Numbered from the stretch's first letter, positions 1-12,956 are shown. The stretch is DNA of 64,000 bases from Mobula hypostoma (GCF_963921235.1 NC_086109.1:13580001-13644000); one strand, 5' to 3'. Numbers and translations: made by a program. The notes: a model not told the origin generated them from the letters alone.

Positions 1-552
1 CGGATTTGTCAGGCAAGATTTCCCTTGACAGAAACCATGCTGACTCTGACTTATTCTATCATCAGTCTCCAAGTACCTTGAAACCTCATCCTTAATAATA
101 GACTCCAACACTTTCCCAACCACTGAGTTTAGGCTAACTAGCCAATCATTTCCTTTCTTTTGCCTTCCTCACTTCTTAAAGAGTGGAGTGATATCTGCAA
201 TCTTCTGGTCCTCCAGAACCATGCCAGAATCAAGTGATCCTTGAAGATAGAGGGCTATGGGCAACCTTAGGTGATTTTGAAAGTAAGTACATGTTCGGCA
301 CAGCGTTATGGGCCGAAGGGCCTGTATTGTGCTGTAGGTTTTCTATGTTTCTATGTTTCTAGATCATGACCGATGCATCCATTACCTCTTCACCACTAGT
401 CACTGGTAGCCAACCAGAAAAAGGCTCCCTTTATTCCCATTCACTGCCTTCTGCCTGTCAGCTATTCTGATACCTTTCCATGCTGGTACATTTCCCATAA
501 CACCATGGGGTTGCTAGGTGAGATTTATGACTAGGCTGTGGGTGTGGAGCCA
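1..552 (-). mobile_element. CR1-type LINE RT-region fragment, interrupted by a CR1 3' tail at ~248-361
   Basis: Same sequence family as 13960-14450 (gatttcccttg..gaaaccatgctgact; ggcagccaaccagaaaaagctccctttattcc), which there encodes CR1 RT (QHGFLKGKSCL, DVVYLDFQNAFDKVPH). Confidence 0.65.
248..361 (+). mobile_element. CR1/HER1-like 3' UTR with (TTTCTATG)n tail
   Basis: gggccgaagggcctgtattgtgctgtagg followed by tttctatg repeats; near-identical to the end of the CR1 at 25575-25680. Confidence 0.75.
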
Positions 553-1244
553 CATAGAAACATAGAAACATAGAAAATAGGTGCAGGAGTAGGCCATTCG
601 GCCCTTCAAGCCTGCACCGCCATTCAGTATGATCATGGCTGATCGTCCAACTCAGAACCCTGTACCTGCCTTCTCTCCGTACCCCTGATCCCTTTAGCCA
701 CAAGGGCCATATCTAACTCCCTCTTAAATATAGCCAATGAACTGGCCTCAGCAGTTTCCTGTGGCAGAGAATTCCACAGATTCACCACTCTCTGTGTGAA
801 GAAGTTTTTCCTCATCTTGGTCCAAAAAGGCTTCCCCTCTATCCTCAAACTGTGACCCCTCATTCTGGACTTCCCCAACATCGGGAACAATCTTCCTGCA
901 TCTAGCCTGTCCAATCCCCTTAGGATCTTATACGTTTCAATCAGATCCCCCCTCAATCTTCTAAATTCCAACGAGTACAAGCCCAATTCATCCAGTCTTT
1001 CTTCATATGAAAGTCCTGCCATCCCAGGGATCAATCTGGTGAACCTTCTTTGTACTCCCTCTATGGCAAAGATGTCTTTCCTCAGATTAGGGGACCAAAA
1101 CTGCACACAATACTCCAGGTGTGGTCTCACCAAGGCCTTGTACAACTGCAGTAGTACCTCCCTGCTCCTGTACTCAAATCCTCTCGCTATAAATGCCAGC
1201 ATACCATTCGCCTTTTTCACCGCCTGCTGTACCTGCATGCTCAT
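552..1244 (-). mobile_element. CR1-type LINE, 5'-truncated (ORF2 C-terminus, 3' UTR and tail)
   Basis: ORF 633..1244: LYKALVRPHLEYCVQFWSP, VQRRFTR, LRGDLIETYKI, FFTQRVVNLWNSLP; (catagaaa)n tail at 552-576. Confidence 0.92.
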
Positions 1245-2009
1245 GTGTTATGTGCAAAGAATCTAGCTTTTAAATCTGTGGATGATAAGAAAATATTTTT
1301 AAATCAGGCAAGATTTAATCGTGCCTTATATTATAGGGAAATCTAAGGAAGTTCATTTGTAAATTTCAGAGTAACTGAGTACATGGTTAACAATGAAATC
1401 ATTGCAATGATGGTGGGAATTGGAACAAACAGAACAGCACAGTTTATGTGGGCTGGTGGCTTCCTGTTCTGTATGATGGCTCGCTGATTATTTTAAATGT
1501 GTTCCCTTCCTTTATCACAACAGCCACAGAAACAAACTATTGACATTATCTTTATTGAAACTTTTCATCAAGCTTAAGATTTTTGGATTGAAAAAGATAG
1601 TTTTCCTCAAACTATCTCTTAGTTATTGCAACTTCTGCTCAAGAAGTGGAAATTTTAGTCACCTGTATCTCCTATACAAACTCGAGAAAAATAAGTGGTA
1701 TATAACTCTTCGAGATCTCTGCTGAAGCTTCCTAGCAAAAACCTTAACACGTGCAGTTCAACAAATCAAATTCAAAACTGTAGGAAAAGTAAGTACTTCA
1801 AAATAAGTTCATTGGCATCTTCCAGGTTTCCAGTAACTTAGATTCTGACTTTTACAATATTAAAATAATTTACCATCTTACACAGGAAAGGACAAACCTC
1901 AAAGAATTTCAATTAAACTTATTCTGCAAAGGTTTCTAAACACACACTTTCATTCTCTAGAAATCTTATTATTTCAGCCTATTCACCTCTGAATTATTTC
2001 AATCACATA

Positions 2010-3487
2010 AGTCAAGTCAACTCAAGTCAAGTTACTTTTTATTGTCATTTTGACCATAACTGCTGGTACAGTACACAGTAAAAACGAGACAACATTTTTC
2101 AGGACTATGGTGCTACATGAAACAATACAAAAACTACACTGAACTACGTAAAAACAACACAAAAACTACACTAGATTACAGACCTACCCAGGACTGCATG
2201 AAATGCACAAAACAGTGCAGGCATTACAATAAATAATAAACAAGACAATAGGCACAGTAGAGGGCAGTAGGTTGGTGTCAGTCCAGGCTCTGGGTATTAA
2301 GGAGTCTGATGGCTTGGGGGAAGAAACTGTTACATAGTCTGGTCATGAGAGCCCGAATGCTTCGGTGCCTTTTCCCAGATGGCAGGAGGGAGAAGAGTTT
2401 GTGTGAGGGGTACGTGGGGTCCTTCATAATGTTGTTTGCTTTATGGATGCAGCGTGTGGTGTAAATGTCTGTAATGGTGGGAAAAGAGACCCTGATGATA
2501 TTCTCAGCTGACCTCACTATCCGCTGCAGGGTCTTGCGATCCGAGATGGTGCAATTTCCGAACCAGGCAGTGATGCAGCTGCTCAGGATGCTCTCAATAC
2601 AACCTCTGTAGAATGTGGTGAGGATGGGAGGTGAGAGATGGACTTTTCTCAGACTTCACAGAAAGCAGAGATGCTGCTGGGCTTTCTTTGCTATGAAGCT
2701 GGTGTTGAAGGACCAGGTGAGATTCTCTGCCAGGTGAATACCAAGAATTTGGTGCTCTTAACAATCTCTACAGAGGAGTCCTCGATGTTTAGCGGAGAGT
2801 GGTCGCTCCGTGTCCTCCTGAAGTCAACAACTGGCTCTGCCCCAGTCCGTTAGCCACTACACCTCCTCTCTGTATGCTGACTCATCATTCTTGCTGATGA
2901 GACCCACCACGGTGGTGTCATCGGCGAATTTGATGATGTGGTTCGAGCTGTGTGTTGCAGCACAGTCATGGGTCAGCAGAGTGAACAGCAGTGGACTGAG
3001 CACACAGCCCTGGGGGGCCCCCGTGCTCAGTGTGGTGGTGTTGGAGATGCTGCTTCCGATCTGGACTGACTGAGGTCTCCCAGTCAGGAAGTCTAGGATC
3101 CAGTTGCAGAGGGAGGTGTTCAGGCCCAGTAGGCTCAGCTTTCCAATCAGTTTCTGAGGAATGATTGTGTTGAATGCTGAACTGAAGTCTATGAACAGCA
3201 TTCGAACGTACCTGTCTTTTTTGTCCAGGTGGGTTAGGGCCAGGTGGAGGGTGATGGCGATGGGATCGTCTGTTGAACGGTTGGGACGGTACATGAACTG
3301 CAGGGGTTCCAGTGAGTGGGGGCAGCAGGGTCTTGATGTGCCTCATGATGAGCCTCTCAAAACACTTCATGATGATGGTTGTGAGTGCAACGGGACAGTA
3401 GCCGTTAAGGCAGGACACTGAAGACTTCTTCGGCATGGGGACGATGGTGGCGACCTTGAAGCACGTAGGAACGACGGCGCTGCTCAG
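2010..3487 (-). mobile_element. Rex1/Babar-like LINE, 5'-truncated and degraded
   Basis: ORF pieces [52 protein letters not shown] and LFSLLPSGKR..RLCNSFFPQAIRLLN; (aagtc)n tail at 2010-2031. Confidence 0.85.
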
Positions 3488-4480
3488 TCCACTGGTAATA
3501 ATTTAACCCACTAGTAAAAAAAAATCCATCGGAAATTGCACAAAAAGGCCAGGTTTTTAAATCAAATTGCAAAAAACAGACATGGTTTTAATGAGGTAGA
3601 AGTCCAATTTTGAATTTCATACTAAGATTATGAAACATTTGCTGGTAAAAATGTCACCAAATTACACAGACTTCTTTATTGTTCACCCGTAATCACTGCT
3701 CCTTAACTGAAATCCCAAATCTTACAATTGCATTTGTGTAAAACTACATTAAACAAATTCTGATTCATATGGCATTGATTTCCAATCAACAAATCTTTAT
3801 TTGGGTTTAATTACAAGAGGGGAAGCAAAGGGTGGTTGGGGGAGTGGTGAGAAGACAGTGAAAACAGGAAGGAATGATAAAAAGATGTATTGGATGGATG
3901 TGGGGAGAATGGCTGTGAAGAAAATAACAGCTGGGGTTGAGAACCGAACGTATTTTAACAGAGGAGCCTAAAGATACTTTGAAGTGAAGATGGTGTTCTT
4001 GGAACTTCATTCTAAATTTGATTGCTTTACAGTCTGGTCAAGAGTACTACAATCATTATACAGTGCTACTGTTTTTTTAATAATGACAGCAGAAGCAGCC
4101 AACTTTAAAAAGCAAATCTAAAATATTGGCAAGTACCTTCAGTCAGAGGTACCCAGTTGAAAATCCTTTTTCTTGGCCTTCTCATAAAGATCCCACGATG
4201 ACAACACTATCTTCAGTTAATCTGATTCACTCAATAAATGGCTGAATGCAGCGAGGATTACTGATCTCACCCTCAAACTGTAGAAGAATCTCTATTTCTA
4301 AACCAGCTTTGTATTTAGTCAAGCTCCAATTTTGTAATTAATTAGCAATATAGAAAGCTGCTACAAAATTTGTCCAGACCCAACTAAGGCCCAAAACCTG
4401 ATGAAAGAAACCATCAAAGTAATCAAAGTGTCCAGCGTGCTACCATTTGATTTTGGAACTTAAATCTAGATGTGTAATAT

Positions 4481-4803
4481 ACACTTAGTGGCCATTTTAT
4501 TAGGTACAGGAATGGAACTTACTGTGGTCTTCTGCATCTGTAGCCCATCCACTTCAAGTTTCAATGTGTTATATGTTCAGAGATGTTCTTCTGCACACCA
4601 CTGTTGTAACACGTGATTATTTGAGTTACTATCATCTTCAAGTCAGCTTGCACCAGTCTAACTATTCTCCGCTGACCTCTCTTATTAACAAGGTGTCTTT
4701 CCCCCCACAAAAAATGCTGCTCACTGGATTTTTTTTCTTGTTTTTTGCATCATTCTCAGTTAACTTCAGAAATGGCCGTGTATTAAAGTCCCAGATCAGC
4801 AGC
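4481..4803 (-). mobile_element. Tc1-like DNA transposon relic
   Basis: TIR-like cacttagtggccattttattaggtac; body matches the copies at 18925, 20504, 31464 and 57795. Confidence 0.7.
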
Positions 4804-4809
4804 CGAAAT

Positions 4810-5100
4810 CGAGTTTGCATGCATTACTTCCGCTGACAGCTTGTTCCACACTCTCATGACTCTCTGAGTGAAGAACTTTCCCCTCATGTTCTCCTTAAAC
4901 TTTTCACCTTTCACCCCTAACCCATGACCTCTTGTAGTCTTACCCAACCTCAATAGAAAAAGCCTGCTTGCATTTACCCTCTCTATAACCCTCATAATTT
5001 TGTATTCCTCTATCAAATCTCCTCTCAATCTTCCACATTCCAAGGAATAAAGTCCTGACCTATTCAATCTTTCCATATAACTCCAGTCCTAGCAGCATCC
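4810..5100 (-). mobile_element. CR1 ORF2 C-terminal fragment
   Basis: ORF 4783..5076: GLYSLE..RLRGDLIE..TRGHG..FFTQRVMRVWNKL. Confidence 0.8.
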
Positions 5101-5126
5101 TTATAACCAGTACTCATTTAACCTTT

Positions 5127-5345
5127 GGCTGGCTGGTGGCATAGTGGCATCTGCGCCCGACTTCGGAGCGAAGGCTCCCGTGTTCGATCCCAGCTGGCTC
5201 CCTGGCACGCTTTCCATCCGTGCTGAGTTGAGCGTCGAGCTAGCACCTCGACCTCGTAAAAAAGAAACTGCCTGCTACAGAAACATCAACAGCAAAAAGT
5301 TGATGGCCTATGCTCTCTCGTGAGTTTAAAAGGCAATTTCCTTCC
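5127..5345 (+). mobile_element. tRNA-derived SINE
   Basis: Pol III A box TGGCATAGTGG (~5136) and B box GTTCGATCC (~5182) with tRNA-like spacing, followed by a non-tRNA body. Confidence 0.6.
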
Positions 5346-5669
5346 TTTTTCCATTCAATCTTATTTATATATTTCCTCTAGGTAGCTGACTAAAATTACA
5401 CTCCAAATTAGGCCTCAATGTCCTATAAAACTTCAGCATAACATCCCATCTAACGTTCTTAGTACTTTGATTTATTAAGGCCAATGTGCCAAATGCTTTC
5501 TTTATGACCCTACTAACCTGTGACACCACTTACAATTAATCATGGACCTCTATTTCCAGATCCCTTTGTTCTGGTGCCCTGCATTACTCACACTTCATTG
5601 TTACTCCTGCCACCTATCCCGTTCACACTTCTACAAATCCCTTGTTTTTACTGTTTTCTGAACATTCTT

Positions 5670-8125
5670 TGTGAACATTACAATTTCTGGAAGCTACATC
5701 TATAATTTGTTACTGCTACAGTTTGTAGAAGTTACATCTACTGTTTGTATAACTTGTGAACTTTACAGTTTCTGAAAGCTGCCTGTACAACTTGTAAAGG
5801 CTGCAATTTTAAACAATTTACACATATAATCTGAACATAAGAAAGTCTGCAGATGCTGGAAATCCAAAGCAACACACACAAAATGCTGGAGGAACTTAGC
5901 ATGTCAGGCAGCATCTATGGGGAGAGGAATAAACAGTCGATGGTTTGGCCCGAGACCCTTCTTCAGGACTGAAAAGGAAGGGGGAAGTTGACAGAATAAA
6001 ATGGTGCGGCAGGGGGAGGGGAAGGAGGATAGCTAGAGAATATTATAATTTTTAATCACCACAACTTTTGAAAACTACAAGTATTAATTCCTGAAAAGTT
6101 ACAGTTACTGAAATTTTGATGTATGCATTCAATTTGTGAAAGGTATATGTATAATCTGGGAATGTGACAATTTCTGAAGACTACATCTGAGAAGGTGACT
6201 TGTCAGTACCTTATCAGATACCGCCTGAAATAACTGGAGGTATTTTTGATTTCTGCATCACTCTCTATAAGTTCTAGAGACTGTTGTGCATGAAAATCCG
6301 AGGAAATCAGCAGTTTCTCAGATACTCAAATCACCCCATATGACACCAATAATTATTCCACGGTTTAATTTGCTTAGATCATATTTCTTCCCCTTTTTGA
6401 TGTTTGGTCTGAACGACTGCATCTTGACCATGTCGGCATGCTTTTATGCACTGAGTTGCTGTCACCTGATTGGCCCATTAGATATTTGCATTAATGAGCA
6501 GGTGTACGGATGTAGCTCAAAGTTGACACTGATTTATATATTGTGAAAGCTCAGCACAATTTGTGATGCTTATAGTTCTTGAAAGCTAATGCACAATTTC
6601 TGAATGCTACAGTTTGTAAAAGTTCCAATATAATTTGTGAATTGTAGAAGTTGAAAGCTAATATCCATCTTCTAAACTATCATTTGTAAAATCTACATGT
6701 GCAGTATAATTTGAAAATACTACAATTTCTCAGCACAACTTTTGAAAGCTACAGGTAAAAATTCGGAAAGTTACAGTTTATGTAAGTTCTATGAATAATT
6801 TTGAATCCTACAATTTTGAAGCTAAATTTATAATAAGTAAATGATACAATTTGTAGAAGCTACTAAGTTAACCAATTTCCCCCAGGATCAACAAAGTATG
6901 ACTATGACTATGACTATGATTTGAGAATGCTACAATTTCTGATTGCAACAAAATTTGAAACCTACAGATATATTTTGTGAAAATTGCAACTCATAAAATT
7001 TACAAGTAGAAGTTGTCAATGCTACAAATTTGTAATATCTATATATATAAATATGAACAATTCCTGAAGCTCTGTGAGTAATTTATGAACACTACAATGC
7101 GAAGACCATAATTTGCAAAATTTACATGTACAATTAGAAAATGCTACAAATTCTAAACGCAAAAGTTTTTGAAAGCTAACAAGAGAAAATCTGCAGATAC
7201 TGGAAATCAAGCAACACACACAAAAAGCTGGAGCAACTCGGCAGGCCAGGCAGCATCTATAAAAATAAAGGAGTCGATATTTCGGGCCAGGACCCTTCTT
7301 TAGGTACAATTTGTGGAAGTTCCCTTTTATGGGATGTCCATGTATAGTTTACAAGCACTACAATTTGAGAAAGTTCAAATTTGTTAAAACTTTAGGTATA
7401 ATTTGTGATTACTGCAGTTATTGAAAGTATTGTGTATAATTACTGAACATTATGGTTTAAGTTACATATAGTATATAATTTGTTAACTAGTCTTGAAAGA
7501 GACATATAACTTCTCAATGCCACATTTTAAAAAATCTACATGTACTACATGTATCATTTGTGAATGCTATAATTTCTGAATGCAACAATTTTTGCAAGAA
7601 CTTTTGAAAGCTACTAGTATCATGTGAAAATTACAGATGAAGGTTACATGTATAGTTTTTGAATGCTACAGTTTGTGAAGGGTTTTTGTATAATCTGTAA
7701 CAATTTATGCAGGCTGCATTTATAATTTTTGAAGGTTGCAGTGTGTTAAAGCTATATGTGGAAGGTGTGAATACTAGGATTTCTGAACAAGTTGGGAAAT
7801 CTACATGTATTATTTCTGGAGGTTATACTTTTTTAAAATTTACATATACAACTTACAAAGAAAACTATTTGTGAAGCTGCACACACAAATTGTAAAAGTT
7901 ACAATTTATGAACACTACAGATTTTGAAAGGTACAGGTATAATTTGTGGAAGTTACAATTTATGAAAGTTACATGTATAATTCTTAAATGCTACGATATG
8001 TGTGTGCTACAATATGTGGAACGTACCTGTGTACATTATGATAACTACGATGAGTAACAATTACATTTAGAATTTCTGAATGTTACAGTTTGTTAAAGCT
8101 GTGTATAATGTGTGCATGCTACAAC
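5670..8125. repeat. Degenerate AT-rich minisatellite array (units like TACAATTTGTGAAAGC / TACATGTATAATTTGTGAATGC)
   Basis: Many recurrences of taca..tttg/ctgaaag/tgc; interrupted by Penelope pLTR pieces (~5840-6040, ~7178-7305), a Tc1 relic (~6220-6530) and a LINE tail (~6870-6920). Confidence 0.7.
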
Positions 8126-8494
8126 ATAGAGTCATAGAAAAATACAGCACAGAAACAGGCCCTTTGGCCCATCTAGTCCATGCTAGATCATTTAAACTAC
8201 CCATTCCCATCTACCTGGGAAAAGCTTCAGGGGTAAACCCAGAGGGAAAAATCCAGAGCTGGAGTTCCTAAGGCAGTCCTGCATTGAATTCAATGCTGAC
8301 TAGCAACTCCTGCGAAACTGCTGGCACCAAACTCTATCAGTCTCTGTGGTTCCTTTGGGTTCATTAGGTGTGTGGAAACTTCTGTTTGATTCATGACCAA
8401 CGGCGTGCTCTCCATATTGTACCGCCCAGGCTTGCGTATCTAGACAGCTAGGATGCAATTTCCGTGGGCAACTCTAACTGATGGAGGTCCTCGC

Positions 8495-9030
8495 TCACTC
8501 ATGCCGTGTCCTTATCTTCACATAGATTTGACTTTTCACTCTCATGTTGGCCTTGCATAGGTTGTACCTGGACCTTATGTAGGCTTCTGGATTGCCAGTC
8601 TTGAACACAACAGATCTGGCCCTCAGCAGACTGTACATCTCCTGGTTTATCCAGTGCTTCTGGTTTCAGTGTGCTCAGTATGTTCTCAAAAGCATACACT
8701 CATCCATGCAGGTCTTGATGAAGTCAATGACGACTGTGGCATATTCCATCAGAGCCAAAGATGGGCCAGTCCACCACTTAAAGCAGTCCTCTACCACCTT
8801 TGACCATACTTTTGCAGCCATTACAACTGGTTCTGTGGTCCTCAATCTCTACCAGGAGTAGAAGGTGTTTAGACTTGCCACAGTGCAGGCTTGGGATGGT
8901 ACTATAACTGTTCTTGATGGTGTTGTAACAGGGATCAAGTGTGTTAGTTCTGCCAGTTCCACAAGTGACTTGTTGGTGGTAATTTATCACAGACTTCTTC
9001 AAGCTGGCCCATGTTGGGGAAGGCATCTTG
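8495..9030 (-). mobile_element. Degraded Rex1/Babar-like LINE internal (APE-to-RT linker) fragment
   Basis: ORF 8778..9026: YHQQVTCGTGRTNTLDPCYNTIKNSY..LHCGKSKH, resembling the endonuclease C-terminal LDHCY/GKSDH region. Confidence 0.55.
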
Positions 9031-9156
9031 GTTCACTGTTTCGTGAATTTATGCTGTAAGCCCAGGAACCAGAGCCCCAACTTAGTGGAAAAGACTTCAG
9101 GAACCAGAGCCCCAGTGAAGCTTAGGGATCAGAGTCTCAGATGAGTGGAAGGGAGT

Positions 9157-10381
9157 GTGGGACCCATGGGCCAGGTTAGTGGAAGGGAACATGGTAGTCA
9201 GCACAGTATTGAACCACTGGAATTTCTGAATTGTCAGACAGCAGATTATTGGAGCTTTGCTGTAGCAGACATTCTCAAATAACGACACAAGCACAATGGA
9301 GAACTCAAAAGAAGCAAGCATAGATTGTTCGAAAAGAAGTAGTTAATCTTGGAGTGAAAGTGCATACAAGAGATTTGGTATTTCACTTGAGAAATAGCGC
9401 AAGTAGTCATGGGGCGTATATAGCAGTAAAGACGGTGGCCCACTCAGACACAATGGCTTCTACGGGGACAAGCAAAGCCATTGTTAAATGAATTTCTTAC
9501 GATCGCAAGGCCCTGCTGGACATTAAGAACATAACGTACTCCAGGTCTACCCCAACAGCAAGTTGCTCGTTAGTGGAGAAACTGAAGGAGCTGGACTTGG
9601 TACAGATCATGCTGCTCTCTGCGAGAGAGAGGCGTCAATGCGTGAAGGCAGTCCAACAGCAAATGATCATCTTAGTCACTTTCCTTGTGATCACAAGACC
9701 CTGTTGAACATTGCTAATGTGAAATGCTGCAAGTCCGATTCACTGATTTATTGGCGAACAGCGGGGGGCAAATGACAGGGCAGCTGCTTAGCGTCAGTTG
9801 TAGCAAGGACCTGGCCTCTTTCTGCACTGTCACCTTGGAGACAGGCGCTGGAGTCGGTGCACTCTACCAGAGTGCCAGAGGTGGAGTGATGCCACGTCGA
9901 TGCTGCCCTCTAGTGTTCACCCGGCAGAAGACAAGATGTGTCGTGTTCAACTGTAGACTGCTGCAGCCTTAATGGACTCAGGGACTTGGACTAGCTTTTT
10001 TCATGTGAATGTATTTTGCTGCTGTTTTATGTATGCTACGTGTGCCTTGTGCTGTGTGTGACTGTGGGTACTGTGTGTTGCAACTTGGCCCTGGAGTAAC
10101 CTTGTCTCATTTGGCTGTATTCGTGGGTATCCCTGTATGGCTGAATGTTAATTTGACATGAATTTGAACTTGAGAGAAAACTTGAAAATATTGCAGCACT
10201 TGTGCTGTTTCCAGCTATGGTGCAATGTAGTTAGGGTTTTGCCAAAACTTACAACAGTACCATTGCCTTTTACATGAGTTACTAAATAAAAGGCAAGGGA
10301 TGGAAATGGAGCAAAGAACAGCAAAGCACATGTGCCATAGTTCCCTGAAAGTGGAAGAATATACTCAGTGGCCACTTTATT
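9157..10381. repeat. Copy 1 of an inverted duplicated composite block (partner 58581-59563)
   Basis: Reverse complement of 10321-10380 matches 58582-58641; 9157-9420 matches ~59300-59563 (ORFs 9246..9443 and 59358..59582 share MHxHxKINYFxSNNLCLLL). Confidence 0.75.
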
Positions 10382-10632
10382 ATTTACAGGAGGTGCATGT
10401 TTCTTGTTTGGAAAACATATCAATTGTTGAGTCTGAGAATCGTGACAGTATGCAGTACTCCTGGAGCAGCCGCTCCCTCGCTGCATTCAAAAAGAAATTG
10501 AGGTCAATATACTGCTTTCTAATCATCTGCTTCATCTGCCTCTTGGTGTTCAGCATGGTAGCTGAAGCATGCAACATCAAAAAACATCTCTGGGAACTGG
10601 AGATTAAGTTGAAAGCATACAGTGATAAAATC

Positions 10633-11902
10633 GTAATCACAAAATAATCTGCAGATGCTGTGATCGAAGCAACACTTTCAGTACGCTGGATGAACTCAGC
10701 AGGTCGGGCAGCATCAGTTAGAAACCATGTCGATGTTTCGGGCCAGAACCCTTCGAATGAAAGATGGGGAAGGATTTGAAGAATGCTTGTAGCTGCAGTT
10801 TTCCCAGTTCCTCCGTCTCCACTGCATCTGCTCCCAGGATGAGGCTTTCCGTTCCAGGGCATCTCAAATGTCCTCTTTCTTTAAGGATCGTGGTTTCCCT
10901 TCTACCATCATCAATGATGCCCTCATCCACATCTCCTCCATTTCCCACTCTTCGGCCCTCACCCCATCCTCCCACAACCACAACAGGGACAGAGTTCTCC
11001 TTGTCCTCACCTACCACCCGACCAGCCTCCGGATCCAGCACATTATCCTCCGCAACTTCCGCCACCTTCAACAGGACCCCACCACTAAGCACATCTTTCC
11101 CTCTCCACCCCTCTCCATTTTCCGCAGGGATCGGTTCCTCCGTGACTCCCTTATCCGCACGTCCATCCCCACTGATCTCCCACCTGGCACTTATCCCTGT
11201 AAGCGTAAGTGCTACACCTGTCCCTACACCTCCTCTCTTGCCACCATTCAGGGCCCCAAACAGTCCTTCCAGGTGAGACAACACTTCACTTGTGAGTCTG
11301 TTGGGGTCATCTATTGCATCCGGTGCTCCCGGTGCGGCCTCCTCTACATTGGTGAAACCCGACGCAGAGTGGGGGACCGCTTCGTCAAGAACCTCCACTC
11401 CGTCCGCCACAACAGACAGGATCTCCCGGTAGCCACCCACTTCAACTCTGCTTCCCATTCCCATTCAGATATGTCCACACATGGCCTCCTCTACTGCCAT
11501 GATGAGGCTAAACTCAGGTTGGAGGAGCAACACCTCATATACCGTCTAGGTAGTCTCCAGCCCCTTGGTATGAACATCGAATTCTCCAATTTCCGGTAAT
11601 TCCCTCCCCCTCCCTTCCTCTATCCCTATTTCACTCTACCCCCTCCCCCAGCTTCCTCATGGTTCCACCTCCTTCTTCTACTACCCATTGTTTTCAGGGC
11701 TATGATGTCAATGCTTCCCCTCCCCCACCCCTTTGTCTTTCAAATTACTGGTCTTCCAACTGAAACTACAAGCATTCTTCAAATCCTTCCCCGTCTTTCA
11801 TTCTTCAGTCCTGACGAAGGGTTCCGGCCCAAAACGTCGACTCATCGTTTCTAACTGATGCTGCCCAACCTGCTGAATTCATCCAGTGTACTGAAAGTGT
11901 TC
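10633..11902 (+). mobile_element. Penelope-like element, 5'-truncated, with inverted pLTR at its 5' end; 13-bp TSD
   Basis: CAGTGATAAAATC at 10620-10632 and 11903-11915; 10671-10800 is an inverted copy of ~11758-11901; encodes GIY-YIG endonuclease. Confidence 0.9.
10868..11599 (+). CDS. Penelope ORF C-terminal part: RT thumb/linker plus GIY-YIG endonuclease (truncated)
   Basis: FKDRGFP, LVLTYHP, CKRKCYTC, FTCESVGVIYCIRCSRCGLLYIGETRRRVGDRF..H, VATHFN, RLEEQHLIYRLGSLQPLGMN. Confidence 0.88.
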   Translation: MSSFFKDRGFPSTIINDALIHISSISHSSALTPSSHNHNRDRVLLVLTYHPTSLRIQHIILRNFRHLQQDPTTKHIFPSPPLSIFRRDRFLRDSLIRTSIPTDLPPGTYPCKRKCYTCPYTSSLATIQGPKQSFQVRQHFTCESVGVIYCIRCSRCGLLYIGETRRRVGDRFVKNLHSVRHNRQDLPVATHFNSASHSHSDMSTHGLLYCHDEAKLRLEEQHLIYRLGSLQPLGMNIEFSNFR

Positions 11903-12594
11903 CAGTGATAAAATCACTGCCTGGTCTGCTGAGTTCCTCCAACACATTACGTGTGTTGCTGTGCTGAAAATCGTTCCTTGCTAAAAAAAAAGGAGGGAAG
12001 TGTTAGATTGATCTTAGATTAGGTTTTAAAGTTTTGGCTTACCATTGTGGGCCAAAAGCGCAGTATTGTGCTATAAAGTTCTATGTTCTAAAAGTTTAGA
12101 GTGATCTGCATTTTACCCTTGCTGCACGTGGCTAAAAAGATGAGATTGTCTCACTCCTGTGCTGAGTGAGAAGAAACTGAATCTGTCTGTAGCCCCCTAT
12201 GGAAATTCATAAGAGTTATGTCAAATGAACAAAGAAAAGAATCATCGTGGCAACACTGGAGCAGTTAATGAAATGATAGTCAATTGGAGAGGATCATTTC
12301 TTCATGGAATACACAACAATATTTTCTTCAGATGCAGCTTCACCTGATGTACCAACAAGATTTTTTAAAAACTTGCCCTGCGGGTCAAAGTTCAAAGTAA
12401 ATTCATGATGAAAGTACTTATTATGTCACCATTTACTGCCCTTAGATTCATTTTCTTGCAGGCATTCACAGTAGAACATAGAAATACAATAGAATCAATG
12501 AGAAACTACACACAAAGACTGATAAGCAACCAGTGTGAAAAAGACAATCTGTGCAAATACAAAAATAATAATTTATGATGGCACATTGGAGGTT

Positions 12595-12955
12595 ACACAT
12601 CAGTTTATCGAGTGCAGGAGATGTGATGTTATGTTGTAGTTGTATCAAATATTGGTGAGGCCTAATTTTGAATATTGTGTGCAGTTTTGGTCACCTACCT
12701 TCAGGAAAGATGTAAGTAAGGTTGAAAGAGTACAGAGAAAATTTACAAGTATGTTGCCAGGACTGGAGGACCTGAGTTATAAGGAAAGATTGAATAGGTT
12801 AGTATTTCATTCCTTGTAGCATAGAAGACTGAGGGGAGATTTGATGGAGGTATGAGAGGTATAGATAGGGTAAATGAAAGCAGGCTTTTTGTACTGCACC
12901 GGGGTGGGACTACAATTCAAGGTAATGGATTAAGGATGAAAAGTGAAAAGTTTAA
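12595..12955 (+). mobile_element. CR1 ORF2 C-terminal fragment
   Basis: Encodes LVRPNFEYCVQFWSP, VQRKFT, RLRGDL, MRGIDRV. Confidence 0.75.
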
Positions 12956-12956
12956 G

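Noticed and set aside
5127..5200. tRNA gene
   Set aside because: A and B boxes are present, but there is no convincing complete cloverleaf or terminator and it continues into a SINE-like body.
5670..8125. CRISPR-like repeat array
   Set aside because: Units are degenerate and contiguous with no unique spacers or cas genes, in a vertebrate context.
10718..11464. 248-aa and 170-aa ORFs overlapping the Penelope ORF
   Set aside because: Antisense and alternate-frame shadows of the C-rich Penelope sequence with no independent protein motifs.
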